Assembly: GCA_965279515.1 (NCBI GenBank)
Contig: CBDIID010000003.1
Span: 2,944,001 to 3,008,000 of the forward strand
DNA: 64,000 bases
Reading direction: 5' to 3'
Source: Turneriella sp.
Lineage (GTDB): Bacteria; Spirochaetota; Leptospiria; Turneriellales; Turneriellaceae
Shown here: positions 56,381 through 64,000 of the stretch, piece after piece
How positions within the stretch are numbered: position 1 is the first letter of the stretch
Layout of the letters: each line of letters begins with the position of its first letter
Program-made: the position numbers and the translations under genes
Notes under the pieces: model-generated
Databases searched by the model: none
Seen by the model: the letters and a program-made list of their open reading frames with translations, nothing else
Told to the model about the DNA's origin: nothing

Positions 56381-58588
56381 TTATTTTTTCAGGTTCTTTT
56401 TCAGGTACGTGTAATATTTCACTTCGAGCGTGTTGATCAGGTAACGGTAGAATTCCTGCTCGAATTCCTTAAGGTTTGGCTTAAAGATCTGCCGGTATTC
56501 TTCGGCAATTTTCGTGCGTGTCTGGTCATTGGCGAAATCTTTATAATTGATGTAGAGCGCGGGAGGCACCTTGTTCAGTGATTTCTTCACAATCTCCGTC
56601 GGGATAACGATACACACAGCGTCTTCACGCAGCGCCTCGTAAGTCGCCTCTTCGAGTGCCCGACCTTCAAGACCCGCGAGTTCGGGAACGCTCTTCTTGA
56701 TTTCGGGCGCGGCCATCTTGACCTTTTTCTGAAACTCATCTTCGGTGAGTACACGCTCCGAATGCCGCTGCGGAGTGAACGGGAAGACCATCGCCGAGCC
56801 ATAGGTGGCGATTTTCTGCTTGGTGATGGCTGCCTGCTCTTGCATCTGCTTCGCGGCGGAGTCGAATGCCGCCGAGCTGTCGGCAGAGGGAGCCTGCTCT
56901 GACAACACGCTCTTTGTCTTATGCTTCGGCTGAAAATTAAAGCGGTAGAATGCCAGAACCGATACCAGGGTCAGCGGGAAAACCAGCCAGAACAGCTGTG
57001 TCGAATAGAACATCGCCGCCGCAAATAGGATCGCCGAAATCAGCGAAACCAGGATTCCCTGCGGCAAATTATAACGATTCGCCCGGTGTTCCAGCTGTTT
57101 CGATTCCGTATGTTTGTTGAGGTTGTGTGCGCGCAGCTGCGACAGGTTGATACGCTCTTCGGCAGAGAGTCCCTGGTCGAGTGCCGGATCTTTGCGTTTC
57201 GCCAGTTGTTCATAGATCTGGCTGGCTATCTCAAAACGCTCTGCGGCACCCGCATCGGTTTTCATCTGCCGGCTGAGGTTTTCGAGCACCGAGCTCATAT
57301 GCTTCTGGTCGACGAAATAGTACAGGTTCGAGCCGTCGCTGGATGAAACCTTATAAGAACCGAAGCGGGTAGTCAGGCGCTTTTCAAAATCATTTTCCAT
57401 CGTCATGGCCTGCGCTTCGTCTTTGACCGCGCGCAGAATTTCGCGGCGCAGATCTATCTGGAAGAGATCGAGATTTTGTTTGGTATGCGACTGGATCATG
57501 TTCTCGATCTTCTGCAGCAGGTTGTCCACACCCTGTTGCTGTTTGCGGCTCACGAGCCGGTCTTTTTTTTCGATGAGCACACCCAGCCATGACAGCAAGT
57601 CGTTCATCTTTTCGCGTATGGAGTTATTCTCTTTGTCCTGGATACGGTCGTAGGGATACTGCTGCGCGAGCTGCATCAAAGCATCAACTTTTTCCTTATT
57701 TTGCTTCCGGCCCGGCTCGGCCGTGACGACATGCGCGGCCCGAAAACTTTCCAGCTGCGCGACATACGCCGCAGCCCCGCCCTTTTTAGCCTTGTCGTAG
57801 AGTACGTTGAGGACGAATTTTTCGAGCCCGTCGGCGAGCACGCGGTAATGGCGTATGACTTCCGGCACGCGCGCATAGTTGCCCGTCTCATCGAGCATCA
57901 GCTGGTCGATGACGATATGGTAGCGGTCGCCAATACGATCGACGAGATCGGAGGATCGGGAAAAAAAACTACGCAGGTCTTCGAAGAAGTCGGGTATCTC
58001 GATATAGGGCAGTTGCAGTTTGTCGTAGCTTTTCTTCAGAAGCCGGCGGAAATCATACTCAAGCGAAAAGAAATCCGGATAAAAACGTGCACCCTTGCTG
58101 CCGTCGAGTTTGATCAGCGCCGCACCCGGATCTTCTTCTTCGATCTCTGTGGGTTTCGCGCGCTTCGCTTCGAGCAGCGAACGGATCAGCGGCTCAGATT
58201 TAGCGATCGCAGCACGCCGCAGCGGCCCGGCATCGCGCACTGCGCTTTGATTTTTGGGGGGATAAAACAAAAACAGCTGGAACGCGGGTTTAGAATGGTG
58301 TGAGACGAGCATCGGGTAGAGATAGGCGATGCGGTTCTTGCCGCCGTTCTGCATGTCGGTAACTTTTTTGATCGCACTTTCAAGTGCATTCGCGTTGGCG
58401 ACCGAGACATGGTCGAGTGCGAGATAATATGTCGGGTCGTTAACTCCGACTTTTTTTTGCTCGATGAAGCGCAGCTTCTCGTCGAGCTTCGCCATGATTT
58501 CCATGTCGGCGCTGTTCGGCGCGGTCAGCGAAGAGCGGTCCTGAACAACAATGGCACTCTGTGAATATTCTGAAGGTCCGTCTTCCAT
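56381..58588 (-). CDS. Hypothetical membrane protein
   Basis: 735-aa ORF, long helical N-terminal region and two TM helices near residues 510-550. Confidence 0.8.
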   Translation of the reverse strand: MEDGPSEYSQSAIVVQDRSSLTAPNSADMEIMAKLDEKLRFIEQKKVGVNDPTYYLALDHVSVANANALESAIKKVTDMQNGGKNRIAYLYPMLVSHHSKPAFQLFLFYPPKNQSAVRDAGPLRRAAIAKSEPLIRSLLEAKRAKPTEIEEEDPGAALIKLDGSKGARFYPDFFSLEYDFRRLLKKSYDKLQLPYIEIPDFFEDLRSFFSRSSDLVDRIGDRYHIVIDQLMLDETGNYARVPEVIRHYRVLADGLEKFVLNVLYDKAKKGGAAAYVAQLESFRAAHVVTAEPGRKQNKEKVDALMQLAQQYPYDRIQDKENNSIREKMNDLLSWLGVLIEKKDRLVSRKQQQGVDNLLQKIENMIQSHTKQNLDLFQIDLRREILRAVKDEAQAMTMENDFEKRLTTRFGSYKVSSSDGSNLYYFVDQKHMSSVLENLSRQMKTDAGAAERFEIASQIYEQLAKRKDPALDQGLSAEERINLSQLRAHNLNKHTESKQLEHRANRYNLPQGILVSLISAILFAAAMFYSTQLFWLVFPLTLVSVLAFYRFNFQPKHKTKSVLSEQAPSADSSAAFDSAAKQMQEQAAITKQKIATYGSAMVFPFTPQRHSERVLTEDEFQKKVKMAAPEIKKSVPELAGLEGRALEEATYEALREDAVCIVIPTEIVKKSLNKVPPALYINYKDFANDQTRTKIAEEYRQIFKPNLKEFEQEFYRYLINTLEVKYYTYLKKNLKK

Positions 58589-58649
58589 GGGCTAGGCGTT
58601 TTTTTGCCGTGCACATAAGCGGCAAATTTGAAAACAACGTCAAGGCAAT

Positions 58650-59174
58650 TCAATGTTTCGGGGTGTTTGCCGCGCCGCCGTTGAGAGAGCGGCAGGCCTC
58701 GTCCACGGTGGCTATCCGCCCCTGATTGCGTGAAGAATGCGAGGCAAGACCTGCCAAAGCTACCCCAAGGCCCGATTGGCCACCCCAGACAACATCCGTG
58801 AGCTTCGGGTGGCGTGTTTCGTCGTAACGGAAAATGAAGTAGTAGTGACTCGTGTCAGGCAGTTTTATCAGGCGGAAGTCCCAAAACGAGTCATAATAAA
58901 AAGCGGCGTGGGCGCAAAAAGATGCACCGGAAAAATCGGGTAAGCGTTCTAACCCAGGTTCCGTAACCCTGATGGTGTTTTTCTCCCGGCTGATAGCACG
59001 CAGGGTTTCGAAAAGGCTCTGGGTCGCTTCTGGCTGAAGTTCTGCGACGGGCGCAAAGGCAGTGAAATTGTCGGCTTTCGCGGCGGCATAGAGCTGTCGG
59101 ATTTTCCGCTCATGCGCCGAAGCGCAGCCGATTACGATGATGGCGCAGAGGGCGCTTGCAGGCAAGAATCGCAT
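58650..59174 (-). CDS. Hypothetical lipoprotein
   Basis: Lipobox VIGC. Confidence 0.65.
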   Translation of the reverse strand: MRFLPASALCAIIVIGCASAHERKIRQLYAAAKADNFTAFAPVAELQPEATQSLFETLRAISREKNTIRVTEPGLERLPDFSGASFCAHAAFYYDSFWDFRLIKLPDTSHYYFIFRYDETRHPKLTDVVWGGQSGLGVALAGLASHSSRNQGRIATVDEACRSLNGGAANTPKH

Positions 59175-59258
59175 TGCTTACCCGATGGGGCCGCCGCTCT
59201 ACCTCCGTCAACAATATACACTTGCGCCGCCACGCGGCCCGGTTAAACCGGCTGAGGC

Positions 59259-60512
59259 ATGAACTACAACAGGCTGAAAAAAGAAACAGATCTCTGGGTC
59301 GCGGAAAACCTGATTACCGCTGCGCAGGCGGAAAAGATTCTCGCGCGCTATTCGGGGGAAGTGCCCGCTTACAAACGCATGAGCTTTTGGCTCAAATGCG
59401 TCGCCGGAATACTCGGCGGCCTGGCGTTTTTTCTCGTCATCTCAGAAAACTGGCAACGCATGGGCTGGCTGACACAGTCACTCGTCGCCGCATTGCCGCT
59501 TTTAGGTGCGCAGCTTTACGCGATCTGGCAGGAGAAAAAAGGCAATATGCTCGCTGCAGAGGTGGCATGGCTTCTGGCGTCACTGGGGCTGGGCGCCAAT
59601 ATCATGCTGCAGGCGCAGATCTTCCACATCAGCGCCTACTATCCGAACGGAGTACTGTTCTGGGTTATCGGTATTCTGCCGGTCATGCTGTGGCGCGCGA
59701 GCACCGTGAATTTCTTACTCGCGGCGGTTTTATTTTTTACCTATCTCATGATGCAGTTAACGCATCACCAGTTCTCTTTTATTTCGTTGTTACCCCTGGC
59801 AGCGCTCACCTGGTTCACCTGGTCGCGGCAGCATGTCTACACGGTGTTGCCTTTGCTCTGGATCGTCTATATGTTTCTCGCAACGATTCTCGAAAAATGG
59901 GGCGCTCACCAAAAGGGCATCGTCTGGGACTTCACGATGCTGATTTTTGCCACGGCATTTCTGCAGCAATTTGCGAGACTTAAAGAAGACTGGCTGCGCC
60001 GCATTCTCTGCCTGGCATTCGGATTAACGGCGTTTCTGAACATGCTTTTGACCTTCAGTTTTTTTGCCCACCGTGTGCATATTGGCTCGGATTCCGTCGT
60101 GGCGCTGGCCATCGTCGGTATCTCGTTCCTTTCACTCATTCTCGCGCGCAACACACTGCGTTTTCCGGCAATCACCTGGCTTACGGTTGCGAATATTCTT
60201 GTGATTCTCGTTTGCGTGACGGCGCAGAGTTACCTCATCAGGGAAAAAGAGGCCGAAGATCACCCGCATTATTTTATGCGGATCGCCGCAAACCTGGTTT
60301 ACCTCGGCTCGACGGTTTTTTTGCTTTTCCGGGCGATCCGCTTGCGCGAGAAATCGGTATTCATGATCTCGGTGGGAATGTTCCTGCTCTGGGCGCTTAT
60401 CCGTTATATAGACCTCTTCAAGAATTATCTCATCACAGCGCTGATTTTTGCACTGTCGGCGCTGGCACTGGTGCTTTTAAACCGGCTGTGGGAGAAAAAA
60501 TATGAAAAATAA
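59259..60512 (+). CDS. DUF2157 membrane protein
   Basis: W..ENLI...QA..I, SENW, LGANI.L.AQIFHI; many TM helices. Confidence 0.88.
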   Translation: MNYNRLKKETDLWVAENLITAAQAEKILARYSGEVPAYKRMSFWLKCVAGILGGLAFFLVISENWQRMGWLTQSLVAALPLLGAQLYAIWQEKKGNMLAAEVAWLLASLGLGANIMLQAQIFHISAYYPNGVLFWVIGILPVMLWRASTVNFLLAAVLFFTYLMMQLTHHQFSFISLLPLAALTWFTWSRQHVYTVLPLLWIVYMFLATILEKWGAHQKGIVWDFTMLIFATAFLQQFARLKEDWLRRILCLAFGLTAFLNMLLTFSFFAHRVHIGSDSVVALAIVGISFLSLILARNTLRFPAITWLTVANILVILVCVTAQSYLIREKEAEDHPHYFMRIAANLVYLGSTVFLLFRAIRLREKSVFMISVGMFLLWALIRYIDLFKNYLITALIFALSALALVLLNRLWEKKYEK

Positions 60513-61068
60513 TATGTGGAGCCGCATCACTCTCGCCGTAGTTCCCTGGCTGATTCTCGCGGGCATGGTGATCGGCGCCTACCTGCCGGTTTTCCGCGGG
60601 CAGAAATACCTGCTGCCGGTCATTCCGCGCGATCCGCGGGATTTCTTTCGTGGCAACTATGTTGACCTGCAATACGAGTTTTCGAATCTCAGCCGCGAGA
60701 ACATCCACATGGGTGTTGATCCTGAAAAAATCTACCGCTTTGGTGACCAGCTGTTCCTCGATCTGAAAAAAGAAAATGATTCCCTGAAGGCGGTGGGCCT
60801 TTACGACAGCGCGGAAAAGGCGAAGAACATCAGGCTCAAGGTGCAGCCGCGCTGGAACCTGGAAAAAGGCAACATTGTTTTCGATCTGGTGACGGGTCTC
60901 GAATCGTATTTTGCCCCTAAAGAGGCGGCCGAAGAGTGGGAAAAAGCTTTGCGCGAGCGCCTGGTTTTTGCCGAAGTCGCCATCGATGCTGGCGGTAATG
61001 CCCGGCTGACACGGCTGGTCAAAAAAGAGAAACCGGTACCAGCAAAAAAAACTGAGGATGAACAATAA
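60502..61068 (+). CDS. GDYXXLXY family protein
   Basis: PRDPRDFFRGNYVDLQY, GLESYF motifs; usual partner of DUF2157. Confidence 0.88.
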   Translation: MKNNMWSRITLAVVPWLILAGMVIGAYLPVFRGQKYLLPVIPRDPRDFFRGNYVDLQYEFSNLSRENIHMGVDPEKIYRFGDQLFLDLKKENDSLKAVGLYDSAEKAKNIRLKVQPRWNLEKGNIVFDLVTGLESYFAPKEAAEEWEKALRERLVFAEVAIDAGGNARLTRLVKKEKPVPAKKTEDEQ

Positions 61069-61765
61069 TATGCGAAAAATAATTCTTCCAGGTGTCTGTG
61101 TCGCCGTCTTTTTAGCGGCCTGCTCCACTTCAAAAATATCCATCCGCAAAGACGCGATAAAACAGATGAAGACCATCGCGGTGATGCCGTTTACTTCCGC
61201 CGTCGCCGATGCGAAGGTAACGCGCGAATGTACCGAGCTCTTCCGCGGCAGTATGCTGACGGGCGGTTTTCAGGTGGTCGAGCGCGAGAAAATCGATAAG
61301 ATTCTGAAAGAGAAAGAACTCGCGCAGTCAGGCCTCGTCGATAACAAGGCGCTCGAAGCCGGTCAGTTCCTCGGTGCCCAGGGGACCATGCTGGGTGAAA
61401 TTACCGCGCATGAAGTGAAATCCGACACGATGGAATCAGAACTACCCGTCGACGGCCCCGGTAAATACGACCCCCGCCTCGACAAGGGCGATGGTGTTTT
61501 TTTCCAGCGCGAAATTAAACCGGGTGAAAAGCGCTGGTACAAGAGAGACAAGCGCGATACCTTCCAGTTCCAGCTTGTCGTGCGCCTGATCTCGAATGTC
61601 GACGGGCAGACGGTACTCACGCTGCAAAATGAGTACCCGGTCCGCACCTATACAGCCGATAGCGGTTCGCTGCGCCCTGCCAATCTCGACCAGTTTCGCG
61701 CGCAGGTGCTCGCACAGATGGGCAAAGACATAGAGAAAGCGCTTAAAGAAGCCCGCGAGCCATAA
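61058..61765 (+). CDS. CsgG/LpoB-like lipoprotein
   Basis: Lipobox LAAC; IAVMPF, FQVVERE.IDKILKE, G.FLGA. Confidence 0.75.
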   Translation: MNNNMRKIILPGVCVAVFLAACSTSKISIRKDAIKQMKTIAVMPFTSAVADAKVTRECTELFRGSMLTGGFQVVEREKIDKILKEKELAQSGLVDNKALEAGQFLGAQGTMLGEITAHEVKSDTMESELPVDGPGKYDPRLDKGDGVFFQREIKPGEKRWYKRDKRDTFQFQLVVRLISNVDGQTVLTLQNEYPVRTYTADSGSLRPANLDQFRAQVLAQMGKDIEKALKEAREP

Positions 61766-61793
61766 CCGCCGGCGCTGAACGACAGCCGCTGCG

Positions 61794-62366
61794 ATGAGTC
61801 GTTTTTCCGCGAATCATCATATCCGGCTGCCGCAAGTAGATGTTTTAAGATATGTCGAGGCGTTTCTTTGGAATGATCTGGCAACTTTCGATGTCAGAAT
61901 TCTTCCGCTCAGTAGTGATCCGCCTTTTTTTCCCGAAGAAGTTGCCACTGCGGAAAAACTGCTTTCCCGGCATTGGCTCATCTCACCGACCGACGCCTCT
62001 GGCTGGACAGCGCTGTGGGGTGATTGGGGTGCCTGGCCGGATGAATCGTTGATTGCCTACATCGCCGCCGAAGCAGGGTGTAATGCTCTCTACGGCCACA
62101 ACAACGACCAGACCGACAATTGGCGCTGGATCGAATTCTCGCAAGGTAAACGTCATGCCGAGTATTGGTACACGGGACAGCTTTGGTATCGTTTTCCAGA
62201 CCGATACCCGCCTGAAGCACCGACGCTACCGGAGGTATTTCAAAAAGCGGGCAGGCAATACCTGCATGAAACACCGGAGTCCATGGCCTATCAGCTCTGG
62301 TTTAACAAAGATAGTGGATTTCAGGATTGGCGGCAATGCCTTTGGCAGTATGAGGTGCGCACGTAA
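61794..62366 (+). CDS. Hypothetical Trp-rich protein
   Basis: 190-aa ORF; ISP....GWT.L and W.W..F..G patterns. Confidence 0.6.
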   Translation: MSRFSANHHIRLPQVDVLRYVEAFLWNDLATFDVRILPLSSDPPFFPEEVATAEKLLSRHWLISPTDASGWTALWGDWGAWPDESLIAYIAAEAGCNALYGHNNDQTDNWRWIEFSQGKRHAEYWYTGQLWYRFPDRYPPEAPTLPEVFQKAGRQYLHETPESMAYQLWFNKDSGFQDWRQCLWQYEVRT

Positions 62367-62414
62367 ATCCATCCCCATTTCGCGCAGCGCGCACGCACCG
62401 CCAATCCCCGGCCA

Positions 62415-63872
62415 CTACCGGTACTGCACAATCAACGCATTGGAACCCGAATAAACGGCGGTGACCGTTTGCCCTTCATAGACATAGCTTCCCGCGGCAT
62501 TGGGATTACCCACTGCAAACAGGCGGGCGTCTTTGCTGAGCGCAAGGCCATTGAGAACCTGGGTTGAACCTGCGGGGCTCGAGGTGGGCAGCCTTGCCCA
62601 CTCGCCGGGCCCCGAGGGATCATACTTCAATACAATGGCCTGCTGCTCGGTCGTGCTCTTGGGCACTAATAGACCGCCGTAGTTCGCGGTAAGATTTCCC
62701 GATTGGATACCTGAAACATAAATCTTACCGCGCCCGTCCGTGGCGACTCCCGTAAAACTAGTCAACGCTACGTCACCCAGCTGCGCCGCTAACACCGTAC
62801 CAGTCGTACTGAACTTGAGCAAGACGCCTTTGGTGGTGCCGTTGGCAGGGGTTAATGTAAAACCGCCATAGCTCGCCGGTCCTATCTGAGGACCCACGAC
62901 ATAGATGTTATTATTCTTATCAATAGCGACATCGCTGAATTGGCATGAAGTACCTCCACCGGGATTTACTGCCGAAAATACCCATTGCACTATGCCAGAA
63001 CTCGAGTACTTAATAACAATGGATCGCACGGTCGTGCTGGCTGGAATTATCGCCCCCCCGGGATAAGTCACAGCACAAGTACCCTGAAGGCCGACCGCGT
63101 AAACATCGCCGAAACTATCTGCCGCGACTGCCCTAAAGGCACTAATGCAAGTGCTTGTAGTGGTGGAGGTTCCCCACTGCGCTACACCTGCGGAATCATA
63201 TTTCACCAAAAGTACGTTATTACCAGAAGCATAACCCGAGTTCACCGTCTGTGAGCCATAGGTGCATGAGGCGACGTCTTGATTACCAACAGCGTAGACG
63301 AAATTGCCTGCGCTCGCTGCCACGCGGTAGAATATGCTGGTACAAGCCGCAGCCGAGGTTGCAGCCCACTCCGCGACGCCAGCGGGATTATATTTAACGA
63401 GTAAAGGACCATTACCCGTAAAGTTTACGGTCGAAAATGTAAATGTGCCAGTACCGCTAATATCTCCGGAGGCGTAGATACTATCGCTACTGTCGACGGC
63501 AACGCCGCGGAAAGCTACATTAATATTGGTGCCAGTAGCCGACTGCGCCCAGACCGCATTACCGTTCGTGTCGTACTTCACGATCAGCGGGTAGCTGCCG
63601 CTACCGCCGCCCGTTACCGACTGGCTACCAAAAACAAAAGGAAGGGTGCCGCTGATGGTTCCGACCGCATACGCATTACCAGCGCTATCCGGTGCTACAC
63701 TTAAAAACGCCGATGAGTTAGGTGCGGTAGTTGGGCTGCGCCCCCAGGCAAATATACCCTGGTTGGTGGGTATATCATCGATTTCCCAAAATTTGCCCCA
63801 GGATTGGCAGTGGAGAAAGAGCATAGCCGGTAAAAAAGCTATGCATAGGTTCTTTTTGGTAAGCGTTCTCAT
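62415..63872 (-). CDS. Beta-propeller (SBBP-like repeat) lipoprotein
   Basis: Lipobox FLHC; about 7 repeats of VA.D..GN.YA.G...LVKYD..G...W. Confidence 0.85.
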   Translation of the reverse strand: MRTLTKKNLCIAFLPAMLFLHCQSWGKFWEIDDIPTNQGIFAWGRSPTTAPNSSAFLSVAPDSAGNAYAVGTISGTLPFVFGSQSVTGGGSGSYPLIVKYDTNGNAVWAQSATGTNINVAFRGVAVDSSDSIYASGDISGTGTFTFSTVNFTGNGPLLVKYNPAGVAEWAATSAAACTSIFYRVAASAGNFVYAVGNQDVASCTYGSQTVNSGYASGNNVLLVKYDSAGVAQWGTSTTTSTCISAFRAVAADSFGDVYAVGLQGTCAVTYPGGAIIPASTTVRSIVIKYSSSGIVQWVFSAVNPGGGTSCQFSDVAIDKNNNIYVVGPQIGPASYGGFTLTPANGTTKGVLLKFSTTGTVLAAQLGDVALTSFTGVATDGRGKIYVSGIQSGNLTANYGGLLVPKSTTEQQAIVLKYDPSGPGEWARLPTSSPAGSTQVLNGLALSKDARLFAVGNPNAAGSYVYEGQTVTAVYSGSNALIVQYR

Positions 63873-64000
63873 TTTGGTTCCATGCCGGGTTTTTTACCTC
63901 TGCCGTTCCCCGGATTATAACGAGAAAAACTGGTGTTGTCGCCCCAGATTATATTCTGGGGCGCCTTTAGGCTTTGGGCGGTACTTGGAAAGCGCGCATA

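Noticed and set aside
59156..59983. 275-aa alternative-frame ORF overlapping DUF2157
   Set aside because: Arg-rich with no recognisable motifs; a frame shadow of the real gene.
1..64000. CRISPR array, rRNA/tRNA, IS element or prophage
   Set aside because: No regularly spaced repeats, structural RNA signatures, transposase or phage genes were seen; almost all sequence is accounted for by CDSs.

Overview
A gene-dense chromosomal window of moderately high GC (estimated by eye) from a spirochete of the Leptospiraceae, probably Turneriella-like. That assignment is inferred from a SpiroCoCo-type coiled-coil gene, a DUF1564-like gene, membrane-anchored AraC regulators and many lipoproteins. Housekeeping genes (5' part of smc, recG, infA, murC, a DciA/DUF721 gene, a biotin carboxylase, an LptE-like and a MutT-like gene) are mixed with accessory modules. 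These include a Maf-like/MMPL/TPR operon, a Phd-VapC toxin-antitoxin pair, two TetR switches with visible palindromic operators, and an ECF42-type sigma/DGPF locus with its promoter. There is also an OmpA-antiporter-SPFH-NAD-kinase-like run, an AraC-linked surface lipoprotein module and a DUF2157-GDYXXLXY pair. I saw no rRNA, tRNA, CRISPR array, transposase or prophage. The most unusual signals are small. Three types of palindromic element occur, two of them read in frame within genes: a 54-nt element with CsrA-type GGA hairpins inside recG, and a G-quadruplex-like REP at the 5' end of a TPR gene. There are also several tiny gene relics, a probable frameshift and pseudoknot-like leader at an adenylate cyclase gene, and recurrent leaderless-type promoter geometry. 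All family assignments come from motif recognition by eye; no database searches were run.
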